Shown here: piece after piece, positions 1-12,994 of the stretch | Layout: every line of letters begins with the position of its first letter | How positions within the stretch are numbered: position 1 is the first letter of the stretch | Origin: Mobula hypostoma | Lineage: Eukaryota | Assembly (NCBI RefSeq): GCF_963921235.1 | Contig: NW_026948141.1 | Coordinates: 124,001-188,000 of the forward strand | Length of the DNA stretch: 64,000 nt | Reading direction: 5' to 3' | The notes under the pieces: model-generated | The model's input: only the letters and a program-made list of their open reading frames with translations | What the model was told of the DNA's origin: nothing | Databases searched by the model: none | Position numbers and translations under genes: made by a program

Positions 1-170
1 ACACCACTAGTCACAGGCTGCCCGTCAGTGAGGCAACCAGTCTCAGGCTTCTCTCATGAGGTCAATGTTTAATCCAATTGACTACCTCATCCTGAATGCT
101 GCGCGACTGAATCTTCTTGACCAATACTGTACCCCATGTGGGACCTTGTCAAATGCCTTGCCAAAGTAAC
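1..170 (-). mobile_element. CR1 LINE RT-region fragment
   Basis: acaccactagtcac...accttgtcaaatgccttg matches the same segments in the CR1 copies at ~4440-4600 and ~8690-8860. Confidence 0.6.
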
Positions 171-277
171 GCTCATCCTAAATTTTGTGAGTGGGTGTCA
201 CCGCAAGGAAGAAGCACCATTGGTTATCCCACTGATATTTTCCTTGTGTTCCTAATGTTCCCTTCTTTTTTCCACAG

Positions 278-475
278 GAACTGTATGTGGCGTACAACAA
301 CATCTCAGACGTTAGCCCGGTCAGCATGCTAGAGCACCTGGAAGTGCTCGACCTGGAAGGGAACAATATCGAAGATATTGTGCAGATCCACTACATAGCT
401 CTGTGCCACAGGCTGAATACCCTCACGCTGGAAGGAAACCCTTTGTGCTTTCAACAAAACCCAGGGGCCGCAGAG
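278..475 (+). CDS. LRRC56: LRRC56-like exon (LRR repeats plus start of LRR cap), 198 bp, phase 0/0
   Basis: Polypyrimidine tract and ccacAG acceptor at 276-277; donor GAG|GTAACA at 476. Translates ELYVAYNNISDVSPVSMLEHLEVLDLEGNNIEDIVQIHYIALCHRLNTLTLEGNPLCFQQNPGAAE, which I recognise as closely resembling vertebrate LRRC56 (ELYASYNNISDLSPL...LEVLDLEGN...LTLEGN). Confidence 0.92.
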
Positions 476-776
476 GTAACATGAGTACATTACTTTCATT
501 ATGAGTGTGGTTATGATGGTTTTCATTAAATATTATTTACAATCATTGGAACTAATTTAGGAATTACTGTAATGTTGTGATTACCTTCCTGGACTAGTAA
601 TGCAGAGGCCTGAACTGAAGATGTGTTCAAATTCCACATTACACCTGGGAAGTCAAAGTCAAAGTGACTTTATTATCAACGTACACAAATGTCACCATAT
701 ACTACCCTGAGATTCATTGTTTTTTGCATTTATAGGAAAATAAAGAAATGCAATAGAATTTATTAAAAACGGTATA

Positions 777-1030
777 TGGCATGGCAACATAGCAGTTAGC
801 GTAATGCTTTAAAACACCAGTGACGTGGGTTCAATTCCTTCCACTGTCTATAAGGAGTTTGAGTGTTCTCCCTGTGACTGCATGTTTTCCTCCGGGTGCT
901 CTGGTTTCCTCACATATCCCAAAGACATGCGGGTTAGTAGATAATTGGTCATATAGGTGTCATTGGGCAGTGCGGCTTGGTGAACTGGAAGTGCCTGTTA
1001 CTGTGCTGTATCTCTAAATAAAATAAAAAT
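777..1030 (+). mobile_element. V-domain tRNA-derived SINE (HE1-like)
   Basis: tRNA-like head with B box GGTTCAATTCC, V-domain core tcctccgggtgctctggtttcctc, and (AAATA)n tail. Confidence 0.75.
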
Positions 1031-1357
1031 AAATACAAAATAAACAAAGATTGGCAAACAACCAATGTACAAAAGAAAACAAATAAAAAATAAATAATAC
1101 TGAGAACATGAATTATCAAGTTCTTGAAAGTGATCACCTAATTAAATATCGAATTAAAATGATCAAATGAGTCTTCCTTCCTTTGTGTGCAGTCTATACA
1201 TATGAGCAAGTGTTTGAGTTTGGATTTGCCGGGTGCTCCAGGCAGCGGGCATCTTCAGCTCAGCGCTGTATTTCTGACTGGCAGGTGGGTCAGGGATATG
1301 AAATCCTGCCATAACCCGGAGAACACAACGGTCAGTAACAAATTAGTATCTTTATGG

Positions 1358-1627
1358 GACACCATGGTAGCATAGCTGTTAGCACCACTCTAACATAGCT
1401 GAGAGCGTCAGAGTTCAATTCTGGCATCCTCTAAGAAAGTCTGTATGTTCTCCCTGTGAACCCATGGGTTTTCTCCGGGTGCTTTGGTTTCCTCCCACCA
1501 TCCAAAGATGTACCAGTTAGTAGGTTAATTGTAAATTGTCCTGTGATTAGGCTAGGGTGGGTTGCTGGGCAGTGCGACACATTGAGCCAGAAGGCCCTGT
1601 GCAGCGCTGTATCTCTAAATAAATAAA
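1358..1627 (+). mobile_element. V-domain SINE
   Basis: gggttttctccgggtgctttggtttcctcccac core; ends gctgtatctctaaataaataaa like the copy at 777. Further copies lie at ~25360-25575 (+), ~26105-26400 (+), ~38430-39440 (-, interrupted), ~44520-44700 (-) and ~52790-53090 (-). Confidence 0.75.
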
Positions 1628-2119
1628 TGATCGGACCCTAAGAGCACTGGGTTGCTGCAAACACCCAACAAGTTTGGTGAAGGAAGTCCACTGTCCTTAT
1701 TAATCCAGTTTTAGAGTAACGAGGGCTGGCCAGTAAATGCTGTACTCGTACATGATGCCTGGATCTGAATAATGAATGAAAACAACAGGTGGATGATCCT
1801 GCATAGGAAAGAGAGCAGCTGATAAAGCATTTATATACTTTGTTCTGTATGATATTTAAGCCTTTTTGAATTGTGTAGGAATGTGAAAGGCATTAAGAGC
1901 TCAGTCGATGGACTCCTGGGATGATTGAGGGAATGTTGCAGAATCCCTGTTTCAAATTCCAGCCTCCCAGACTGCTGTACAGATACACACTGCAATTTAC
2001 CAGAAGCTCTATAAGCCTGCATTGAAACTCAACAGGGATCATAAAAAGCATTCGCAAGGCAACGTGCACTAATTAATTCAAACTCATTATAAAACGGACT
2101 ATAATTATATAAGCATTCT

Positions 2120-2740
2120 TACATTTAGTATGTCACCAAAGAATTGCAAGTTTTTACAGATGTTCTATGGAGAGTATTCTGACTATTTGCATCACTGTCT
2201 GGTATGGAGGGGCCAATGCACAGGACTGGAAAAAGCTGCAGAGGATTGTAGACACGAGAAATTCTGCAGATGCTGGTACTCCGGAGCAACACGTACAAAA
2301 TGCTGAAGGAACTCAGCAAGTCAGGCAGCGTCCATGGAAATTAACTAACAGTTCATGTTTCAAGCCAAGACTCTTCTTCAGGATTGTAGTCTCAGCTAAC
2401 TCCGCCATGGTCGCTAGCCTCCCCCACCATCAAGGACATCTTGAAAAGATGATACCTCAAAAAGGTAGCAGCCATCATTAAGAACCTACATTACCCAGGA
2501 CATGCCCTCTTCTCATTGTAACCATCAGGGAGATGGCACAGGAGCCTAAAAACACATTCATAACTTTTCAGGAACAGTTTCTTCCACTTTGCCATCAGAT
2601 TTCTAAATGACAATGAACCTATGAACAATGCTTCATTATTTTGTCTCTTTTTGTACCAGTTATTTTTAATATATTTTTCTTATTGTAACTTATAATAATT
2701 TTTTATGTCTGGCACAATACTGTTATCAAACATCAAAATC
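2120..2740 (+). mobile_element. Rex1/Babar LINE 3' fragment interrupted by a Penelope-like insert
   Basis: ESILTICITVWYG...DWKKLQRIV C-terminal motif shared by many copies in the window, followed by an AT-rich 3' UTR. Confidence 0.75.
2252..2379 (-). mobile_element. Penelope-like terminal fragment with decayed hammerhead motif
   Basis: Flanked by the duplication aggattgtag (2242-2251 and 2380-2389); same family as 32599-33340. Confidence 0.7.
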
Positions 2741-2934
2741 AACATCTGCATCACTACTCAGTTACATTTACCCTCCATTTTATAGCAGGGTAGGGCACCA
2801 CGCTGTAAACTCCTATCAACTACAGCACTGACAACATGCAACCTCACAAGCCATTTGTCAGGTTGGTGGTTTTGTTTTCATGTAGTCAGTTCACCAGAAA
2901 AGAGGACGAATTCTCTGCATTTCTCTGTAACCTT

Positions 2935-3312
2935 ATTGCAGACAAAGATACGAGTCTCTGTTGGTCAGGGTCGACCTAGCTGTCTATGTATACACAAGCC
3001 AGGTCACTACAACATGGAGAGCAAGCTGTTGCCCATAAAGCAGACTGCTGAACCCCTCTCCACGTAGCTGATGAATCAAAGAAATGGCAGAGACTGATAC
3101 AGTCTCACACCAGTGGCATCACAGGAGCTGCCAATCAGTGCTGAACTCAACGTAGGACTGCCTTAGGGAGTCCATCTCCAGATTTCTCCACAAGGTTTAC
3201 TCCTGAAGCATTTTCCATGCCTTTCCCATAAAGCAACAGAGATTTGAGATCAGATTTTTCCTTCACCTAGATGAGCTGCCAGCCACGGCTGACAAGCCCA
3301 ATCTGCCCAGAA
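2935..3312 (-). mobile_element. RTE-clade LINE 5'-UTR-derived fragment
   Basis: Motifs such as tccacgtagctgatgaatc and cctagatgagctgcc...gcccaatctgccc resemble RTE 5' UTRs as I recall them; not database-verified. Confidence 0.45.
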
Positions 3313-3439
3313 CACAAAGATAATGAATTTAAATTCCATTGATCATTAAACAGCAGTTGCTGGTGTGATCAGTGTCGAAGAATTGAGCAGCACTGCAGTC
3401 TTGTGCCTTATTTTCACCTCACCGAGAGCTGATTTTCTG

Positions 3440-6400
3440 AGGACCACAAGAAATTGGAGCAGTGTTAGACCATTTTGCCATCGAGTCTGCTCCGCCATTT
3501 CATCACGGTTTATCCAATTTTTCTCTCAACCCCAATCTCCTGCCTTCTCCCTATATCCTTTCATCCTTTAATGACCAATCTAGAATATATCAACCTCTGC
3601 CTTAAATGAATATAAAGACTTGACATCCAAAGTTGACTGTGGCAAAGAATTCCACAGATTCACCATTCTCTGGCTAAAGAATTTCCTCCTCATCTCCATT
3701 CTTAAAGGGAGACTGCTCTGTTCCGAGGCTGTGTCCTCTGGTCTAAGACTCTCCCACATAGAAAATAACCTCTCCACATCCACTTGATCAAGGCTTCTCA
3801 CCATTCGATAGGTTTCAATGAGGTCACTCCTCATTTTTCTGTATTCGAGTGAATACAGGCCCAGAGCCATCAAACGCTCTTCATATGACATGCCATTCCA
3901 TCCTGGAATCATTTTTGTGAACTTCCTTTGAACCCTCTCCAGTTTTAGTATATCCTTTCTAAAATAAGGAGTCCAAACATGCTCACAATACTCCAAATGA
4001 GGCCTCACCAGTGCTTTATAAAATTTCAACATTGCAACCTTGCTTTTATATTCTGATCCTCTTGAAATGAGTGCTAACATTGAATTTGTTTTCCTCACCA
4101 CCGACTTAACCTGCAAATTAACCTTTAGGGAATCCTGCACAAGAACTCCCAAGTCTCTTTGCACCTCAGTTTTTTTGTATTTTCTCCATTTAGAGAATAG
4201 ACAACCTTTTCATTTCTTCTACCAAAGTACACTTCCCCACATTGTATTCTATCTGCCACTTCTTTGTCCATTATCCAAATATATCTAAGTCCATTGGTAG
4301 CCTCTCTACTTCCTCAAAGCTACCTGACCCTTCACCTATCTCATATCATCTGCAAACCTTGCCACAAAGTCATCATTTCCATTATCCAATCATTGACATA
4401 TAACATAAAAAGAATCGGTCCCAACACAGACCCCACTGGAACACCACCAGTCAATGGTAGCAATTCAGGAAAGGCTCCCATTGTTCTCATATTTTGCCTC
4501 CTGAAAATCAGCTACTGCTTTATCCATGCTATAATCTTTCCTGTAATGCCATGTTGCTGGTAGCTTGTTAACAGCCTAATGTGTGGCACCTTGTCAAAGG
4601 CCTTATGAAAATCCAAGCAGAAAACATCAACTGATTCTCTTTTGTATATCTCGTGTGCTATTTCCTCAAAGAATTCCAACATTTGTCAGGCAAGATTTTC
4701 TCTTGAGGACACCATGCTGAATAGAGCCTATTTTGTCATGTGCCTCCAATTACCCTGAGACCTCATCCTTAATAATCAACTCCAATGTCTTCCCAACCAC
4801 TGAGGTCAGACTAACTAATTAGCCCATAGTTTCCTTTCTTCTGCCTCTATCCCTTCTTAAAGAAGGGAATAAAATTTACAATTTTCCAGTCTTCTGGAAC
4901 CATTCTAAAATCTAATGATTCCTGAAAAATCATTACTAACGCCTCCATGAATGCTTCAGCCACCTCTTTCAGATGTCTGGGGTGTACACCATCTGGTCCA
5001 GGTGACTTATCTAACTTCAGACTTCTCTGTTTCCCTAGAACCTGCTCTCTAGTTTTGACAACCTCACACACTTCATGTCCCCTGAAAGCTGGAACTTCCA
5101 CAACAATGCTAGTGTCTTCCACAGTGAAGGCTGATGCAAAATACTTATTCAGTTTGTCTGCTGTTTCCTTGTCCACCATTACCACCTCTCCAGCATCATT
5201 TACCAGTGGTCTGATATCCACTTTCAACTCTCTTTTACACTTTACGTATCTGAAGAAACTTTTGGTATCCTTTTCAATATTATTGACTAGCTCACATTTG
5301 TATTTCATCTTTGTCTTCTTAGTAGTGTTTTCAGTTGCCTTCCATTGATTTTTAAAAGCTTCCCACTCTTTTAACTTCTCACTAATTTTTGCTCTATTAT
5401 ATGCCCTCTTTGGTTTTTATGCTGGCATTGACTTCTCTTGTTAGCCACGGTTGTGTCATCTTTCCTTTAGAATATTTCTTCTTCTTTGGGATGTATATAT
5501 CCTCTGTCTTCTGAGTTGCTTCTAGAAACTCCAGCCATTGCTGCTCTGCCGTCATCCCTGCCAGTGTTCTTTTCCAATCAATTCTGGCCAACTCCTCTCT
5601 CATGCGTGTACCATTCCCTTTACTCCACTGTAATAATGATACATCTGACTTTAGCTTCTCCTTCTCAAATTTCAGGGTGAAGTTGATCATATTATGATCA
5701 CTTGTCCCTAAGGGTTCTTTCACCTTAAGCTCTCTAATCAATTTTGGTTCATTCCACAACACCCAATCCAGAAGAGCTGATCCTCCAGTGGATTCAGCTC
5801 GAGCTGCTCTAGAAAGCCATCTGATAGACACTCTAGAAATTCCCCCTCCTTTAATCCAGCACCAACCTGATTCCCAATCTGCCTGCATATTGAAGTCCCA
5901 CATGACCATTGAAACTTTGCCCTTATGGCATGCGTTTTTTATTTCCTATTGTAATTTGTAGGCCACATGTCACCTCTTTCTTAATTTTTTACCAATGGAG
6001 CAGCACTGCCCTTCTGCCTTACTGCCTGTTTTCGATACAATGTGTATCCTTGGACATGAAGCTCCCAACCATACCCTTTCAGCCATGAAACAGTGATGCC
6101 TACAACATCATACCTGCCAGACTGCAACCGTGCTGCAAGTTCTTTTACCTTATTCCGTATACTGCTCCAATTCAGATACAACACCTTAAGTCCTGTATTC
6201 ACCTTTTCAATTCTGTCTATCTTTTACGTTGCAACTCATCCCATTGACGGCAATTATGCCCTGTTCTCACAACATATTGCCTCTGTTTGTAAACCAGCTA
6301 CCTCATCTTCAGAAATGCAAACATGAGGAAATCTGCAGATGCTGGAAATTCAAACAACACACACAAAATGCTGGTGGAACGCAGCAGGCCAGGCAGCCTC

Positions 6401-6720
6401 TATTGGAAGAGGTACAGTCGACGTTTCAGGCCAAGACCGTTCACCAGCAACTTTTATGTGTGTGACCTCATCTTCAGCACTATTATCCACCTTTCCTCAG
6501 ATACTCCTTGCATTAAAATATACGCAACTCAGGACACTAATCGCAATAGATTCAACCTTTTGATTCCTAACCTTGTCTGAAGTCTTACCAATATCTGCCT
6601 CCACAACCTCTCCACTAACCGTTCTGCACTCTGGTTCCCATCCCCCTGCAAAACTAGTTTAAACCCCACCATGCTGCATTAACAAAGCTTCCCGCTGGAA
6701 TTAAACCCCCTCCAGTTCCC
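3440..6720 (-). mobile_element. CR1 LINE, decayed: whole ORF2 (APE endonuclease + RT) plus the end of ORF1
   Basis: Minus-strand ORFs 5981-6202 (LKVLYLN..SIRNK; APE), 5397-5909 (LGTSDHNMI), 4847-5308 (KSPGPDGVHPR) and 3580-4164 (LVRPHLEYC); multiple stops and frameshifts. Confidence 0.9.
6313..6464. mobile_element. Miniature fold-back Penelope-like insertion in CR1
   Basis: 13-bp TSD acctcatcttcag (6300-6312 and 6465-6477); the last ~27 bp are an inverted copy of cacacacaaaatgctggtggaacg. Confidence 0.75.
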
Positions 6721-6869
6721 CCTCCCAGACACGGGAGAATGCAGGATCTCCTGCCCTGGTGTAGGCCCAGTGTAGACATCAGGAATCTTGGAATGGTCAA
6801 CATTTCCAGCTGAGGGAACAGTACATGGGCAGAGCTTCTCTTCGGACAAGTGATTACTTTGTTTCCCTG

Positions 6870-7480
6870 TCTTGACAATGAGCATCAAAGAGGAAAAGAG
6901 TGAGCAGTTTCACATTCCTGGGTTTCAGCAAACTTATAGGGTTTATCGTGGGTCCAACATATTGCACTTTCAAAGGAGCAATGCCTGCAGCTCTACTTTA
7001 TTAGGAGTTTGAGGAAATTTGGAATGTCAGTGAAGTCTAGCAAATGTACCCTGGAGACCCTTCTGACTGGTTGCATCATTGAATGGTATGGTGGCTCCAA
7101 TGCACAGGGTTGGAACAAGTTGCAGAGGGTTGTAAACTTAGCCAGCTCCATCATGGACACTAGCCACCCCACCACTGAGGACATCTTCAAAAGACGATGC
7201 CTGAAGAAGACAGCATCCATTATGAAGGTCTATCATCATCACCTGGCTTATGCCTTCTCCTCATGACTTCCCTCAGGGAAGAGGTACAGAAGACTGAGGA
7301 TGCACAATTAATGTTTCAGGAACAGCTTCTTCTCCACCATCAGATTTATGAATGGTCCATTACACGGAATGCTACTCACTATTTTGTTCTTTTCTTGCAC
7401 TATTTATTTTTTATCTATTATTATAACTTATAGTCATTTTTAGGTCTTGCATTGGGCTGGTGCTGGAAACCAACAAATAT
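6870..7480 (+). mobile_element. Rex1/Babar 3' fragment
   Basis: ORF 7009-7266 (LTGCIIEWYGG...KLQRVV). Confidence 0.7.
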
Positions 7481-7677
7481 CATGGTGTCCTGGATGCTGG
7501 GGGTCCTTAATGATGGATCCCACCTTTTTGAGGGTGTGTATTGGTGCCTCCATACCAGATAGTGATGCAACCAGTCAGAATAATCTCCACGGTACATCCG
7601 CAAATATTTGTTGAAGTCTTTGAGGATAAATCTCCTCAAACTCCTAATGAAATATAGCCACTGCCTTCTTTGTAATT

Positions 7678-10600
7678 AGACCATAAGACTATAAGACATA
7701 GGAGCAGATTTAGGCTATTTGGCCCATTGAGTCTGCTCCACCATTCAATCATGGCTGATCCTTGTTTCCCCTTCTCAGCCTCACTCCCTAGCCTTCTCCA
7801 TGTAACCTTTGATGCCGTGACCAATACAAGAGCAGTCTCTGCCTTAAATTTACCCAGTGATCTAGCCTCCACAGCTGCCTGTGGTAACAAATTTCACAAA
7901 TTCACCACCCTCTGGCTAAAGAAATTTCTCCACGTCACTGTTTTAAATGGATGCCACTCTATCCTGAAGCTGTGCCCTCTTGTTCTAGACTCCCACATCC
8001 TTTCCACATCCTTTTCACATTTGCTCTGTCTTGGCCTTTCAACATTCAAAAGGTTTCAATGAGAGGCCCCCCCCTCATTTTTCTAAATTCCAGCCAGTGC
8101 AGACCCAGAGCCATCAAATATTCCTTGTATGATAACCCTTTCATTCCCGGAATCATTCATGTGAACCTCCTCTGGACCCTCTCCAATGTCAGCACATCTT
8201 TTCTTAGATGAGGAGCCCAAAACTGTTCACAATACTCAAGGTGAGGCCTCACCAGTGCCTTATAAAGCCTCAGCATCACATCCCTGCTGTCGTATTCTAG
8301 ACCTCTTGAAATGAATGCTAACATTGCATTTGCCTTTCTCACCAATGACTCTAACTGCAAGTTATCCTTTAGGGTGTTCTGCACAAGGACTCCCAAGTCT
8401 CCTTGAATCTCAGATTTTTGGATTTTCTCCCTGTTTAGAAAATAGTCCGCACATGTATTTCTTCTATCAATGTGTATGACCATGCATTATACAACATAGT
8501 ATTTCATTGCCACTTTCATGCCCATTCTCCTAATCTAAGTCCTCCTGCATCCTACCTGTTTCCTCAACACTACCTGCCCCTCCACCAATCTTCGAATCAT
8601 CTGCAAACTTGGCAACAAAGCCATCTATTCCATCATCTAAGTCATTCATACACAGCATAAAAAGAAGTGGTCCAACACCGACCCCTGCAGAACACCACTA
8701 GTCAGTGGCAGCCAACTAGAAAAGGATCCTTTTATTCCCACTCACTGCCTCCTACCAACTAGCCAATGCTCTAACCATCTTAGTAACTTTCCTGTAATAA
8801 CACGAGCTTTTAACTTGGTAAGCAGCCTCGTGTGAAACTTTGTCAAAGGCCTTCTGAAAGTCCAAATATACAACAACCACTGCATCCCCTTAATCGATCC
8901 TACTTGTAATCTTCTAAAAGAATTCCAACAGGTTCGTTAGGCAAGATTTTCCCATAAGAAAACCATGCTGACTTTGTCCTATCTTGTCCTGTGTCACCAA
9001 GTATCCATAAACTCATCCTTAACAATTGACTCCAACATCTTCCCAGCCACTGAGGAATGGCTAGCTAGTCTATCAATTCCTTTCTGCTGCCTTCCTCCTT
9101 TCTTAAAGAGTGGAGTGATTTTTGCAATTTTCCAGTCCTTTGACACCATGCCAGAGTCCAATGATTTTTAAAAGATCATTTCTAATGCCACCACAATCTC
9201 TACTGCTACCTCTTTCATAATCCTGGGGTGCAGTTACTGTGGTCTGGGTGATTTATGTACCCTTAGGTCTTTCAGCTTTTAGAGCATCTTCTCCCTTGTA
9301 ATAGTAACTGCACTCACCTATCTTTCCTCACACCCTCCAACATCTGGCATACTGCTAGTGTCTTCCACAGTGAAGACTGATGCAAAATATTCATTTTGTT
9401 CATCTGCCATTTCCTTGTCCCCCATTATCATTTCTCTGGCCTCATTTTCTGACAGTCCTATATTCTTTTTGATATTGTTTGCTAGCTTGCTTTCATATTT
9501 CATCCTTTCCCTCCTAATGATTCTTTTAGTTACTCTCTCTAGGTTTTCAAAAGCTTCCCAGTCCTCTGTCTTTCCCAATTTTTGCTTTATTGTATACCCT
9601 CTTTTTTGCTTTTACATTAGCTTTGACTTACCTTGTCAGCCACAATGGTACAATTTTGCCATTTGAGTATTTCTTTGTTTTTGGAATAAATCTATCCTGC
9701 AACTTCTTCATTTTTTTCCCAGAAACTCACACTATTGCTGCTCTGCTGACATCCCTGCCAGAATCTCCTTCAAACTTACTTTGGCCAATTCCTCTCTCAT
9801 ACCCCTGTAATTTCCTTTACTCCACTGAAATACTACTATGTCAGATTTTACTTTCTCCCTATCATATTTCAGGTTAAATTCAATCATGTTGTGGTCACTG
9901 TCTCCTAAAGATTCTTTTACCTTAAGCTCCTTAATTACCTCTGGTTCATTACATAACAACCAGTCAGGATCCCCTAGTAGGCTCAATGACAAACTGCTCT
10001 AAAAAGCCATCTCACAGGCATTCAACAAACTCATTCTCTTGAGATCCATTACCAACCTGATTTTCCCAATCAACCTGCATGTTGAAATCTCCCATGACTA
10101 CCATAACATTGCCCTTTTGACACGCCTCTTCTATCTCCTGTTGTAACCTGTGGTCCACATCCAGCTACTGTTGGGAGGCCTGTAATAACTGCCATCAGGA
10201 TCCTTTTACTCTTGCAATTTCTTAGCTCAACCCACAAGGATTCAACATCTTCTGATCCTATGTCACACCTTTCTACTCAGTTGATGCCATTCTTTACCAG
10301 CAGAGCCACACCACCCCCTCTGTCTACAGTCCTATCCCTCTGATACAACGTGTATCCTTGGATATTCAGTTTCCAAATACAACCATCCTTCAGCCACGAT
10401 TCAGTGATGGCCACGACATCATACCTGACAATCTGTAAAAGTGCAACAAGATTATCCACCTTATTTCTAATACTCTGTGTGTTGAGATTCAACACTTTGA
10501 GTACTGTATTTGCTACCCCTTTTGATTTTGCATCCCTAATGCACTGATACTCACCCTGCTGGCTGCAATAATGTCCTATCACCTGCCTGCCCTTTCTGAC

Positions 10601-11789
10601 AGTCTGACTGCATACTATCTTTGTTTTTCTACCATCCATCCTATCCTGAGTCCCTTCACTCCAGTTCCAATTCCCCTGCCAAATTACTTTCAACTTTCTC
10701 CAACAGTTCTACCAAACCTGTCCTCAAGGTCCCCCTTGGGTTCAGGTGCAAGTCGTCATACGTCCCCAAGAAGAGATCCCAGTGATCCAAGAACCCGAAG
10801 CCCTGCCCCTGCACCAGCTTCTCAGCCACGCATTTATCTGCCAAACCATCCTGTTTCTACCCTCACTGGCATATGGCACAGGTAGCAATCCAGAAATTAC
10901 TACACTGGAGATCATACTTCTCAGCTTCTGCCTAGCTCTCTAAAGTCTCTCTTCAGGACTCTTGCTTCTCCTTTCTATGTCATTGCTACCAATTGTACCA
11001 AGACATCTGGCTGCTCTCCCTCCTCCTGCAAAATACTGTGGACATGATCCGAGACGCCCCTGACCCTGGCACCTCGGAGGCAACGTAACATTCAGGTGTC
11101 CCGTTCATGTCCACAGAATGTCCTGTCTGTTCCTCTGATTATTAAGTCTCCTATCACTACTGCTCCCCTCTTCTCCCTCTTTCCCTTCTGCACCATGGAT
11201 CCCCGGTCTCTGTGGCATTTCTCTGAGAGGTCATCCCCCACAGCAGTATCCAAAACGGTATAGTTATTATAGAGGGGAATGGCCACAGGGGCACTCCACT
11301 AATTGCCTATTCACATTTCCATTTCTCCTGACAGTCACTCAGCTACTCACCTCCTACATCTTAGGTGTGACTACTTACCTGTAACTCTGATCGATTATCT
11401 CCTCACTCTCCCGTATAAGCCGAAGGTCATCCAGCTGCTGCTCCAGATCCTCAACATGATCTTCAAGGAGCTGCAGCCGGATGAAATTCATGCAGATATA
11501 GTTCCCTGGGAGAATCTGGGTCTTCCAGGATTCCAACATCCAGCATGAAGTACACACAATGGCCATTTACTACACCAGGTATAGTCAGAGAAAAAAGAAA
11601 AAAGGGAACTTTAACAGAAACTTACCTAGTGCTAACGCCTCTTTTGAGCTGAAGCCTCCTTTGAGGCAAAGCCTGACACTCCTACTCTCACCACTGGGCT
11701 ACTCCCAACAATGGCCGCCCTGCTTGTCCCTTCTGTACTTTTATTTAATTCACAGTGCTGTGCTCCTGCCACTAATTGGGCTTCCGGAA
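7678..11789 (-). mobile_element. Full-length (~4.1 kb) decayed CR1 LINE with 5' UTR, ORF1 and ORF2, inserted into a Rex1 fragment
   Basis: taatt TSD (7673-7677 and 11790-11794), with the Rex1 host rejoining across it. ORF1 pieces: CTSC zinc-finger/coiled-coil (11375-11566) and esterase-like AVVIGD.IIRG (11092-11286) and LHLNPRG (10656-10844). ORF2 APE starts at ~10500 and the RT C-terminus is at 8157-8483. Confidence 0.9.
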
Positions 11790-12029
11790 TAATTGCATGC
11801 ATCAATATGTTGGGCCCAGGATAGATCGCAGACATGTTGATACCCAGGAACTTGAAAGTGCTCACCCTTTCCACCACTGACCCTTCAGTGAAGACTGGTG
11901 TGTGTTCTCTGGACTAGCCCTTGCTGAAGTCCACAATCAGTTCCTTGGTCTTGCTGGCGTTGAGTGCAAGATTGTTACTGCAACACCACTCAACCAGCCA
12001 ATCTATTCCATTCCTTTCTGCCTTCCGAG

Positions 12030-12695
12030 TATGGCTTTCTTGCTTTTATTGTCCAAGGCATTGACTTCATGAGTTAGGACGTCATGTCACAGTGATAGAG
12101 AGCGCTGCTGGGCTCTGATCATTGTACTGGAAGAAGAATAGAGAGGACAGCGAAAAGATTCAAAAGAGGCTTTTGCCTGAACTGGTGGGCTTGAATTATA
12201 AGGGAGATTGTACAGGTTGGGACTGTTTTCCTGGAGTGATGGAAGCTGAGGGCTTGACGTTATGGAGATTTATAAAATTCTCAGGGGCATTGATGGGGTC
12301 GATAGTCACGGTTTTTTTTTTCCCACTGTAGAAGATTCTGAAACTACTGGGCATAGGGTTCAGCTGAAAGAAGAAAATTTTAAACAGGACCTGTGGGACA
12401 AGTGTTTCACACTGAGGATGCTGGAAGGAGCTGCCAAGGAACTGGTAGAGGTGGGAACAATTGCAACATTGAAAAGACATTTATGCAAGTACCTGAGATT
12501 CTGCAGATACTGGAAATCTTGAGCAATACACACAAAATGCTGGAGGAACTCATGTTTTGTGTGAATTGCATGGATAGAAAGGTTAGAGTTATATGGGGTA
12601 CCCACAGGTTCCGAGGACTAGCACCGATTGCCAGTTGGCCTGGTTGATTTAGACCGAAGGGCCTGTTTCTGTTGTGTATACATTTACAACTCTTT
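12030..12695 (+). mobile_element. Older CR1 3' fragment containing a small Penelope-like insert (~12490-12565)
   Basis: EIYKILRGIDGVD motif; 3' end gaagggcctgtttctg. Confidence 0.65.
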
Positions 12696-12994
12696 GATAA
12701 TCCTCAGTGAAAATAAAATAATTGACACTTATGTTACCATGACAATGAACACTGCTCCTCATGAGTAAGAGATGTGGCGAAGACTGGTTGTGATGGGATT
12801 CATTGAAGGGCGAGCAGGAATAGAATGGTTGGTGCTAAAAAGATAACTCTATCCAGAAGAGACACAGGTTAGGATAAAACTCTGAGCCTCAGTCAAAACA
12901 AGTGAATCTTCTAGAAGAGATGAGCTACAATAGAAATCATTTGATTAGACTCCTGTATAGCAGGCATGGTCAGGAGACTGGGTAACCCATTTAA

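Noticed and set aside
3060..3100. CTGATGA core suggesting another hammerhead
   Set aside because: No stem II/GAAA/NUH arrangement or closing stem I; it is part of an RTE-type UTR.
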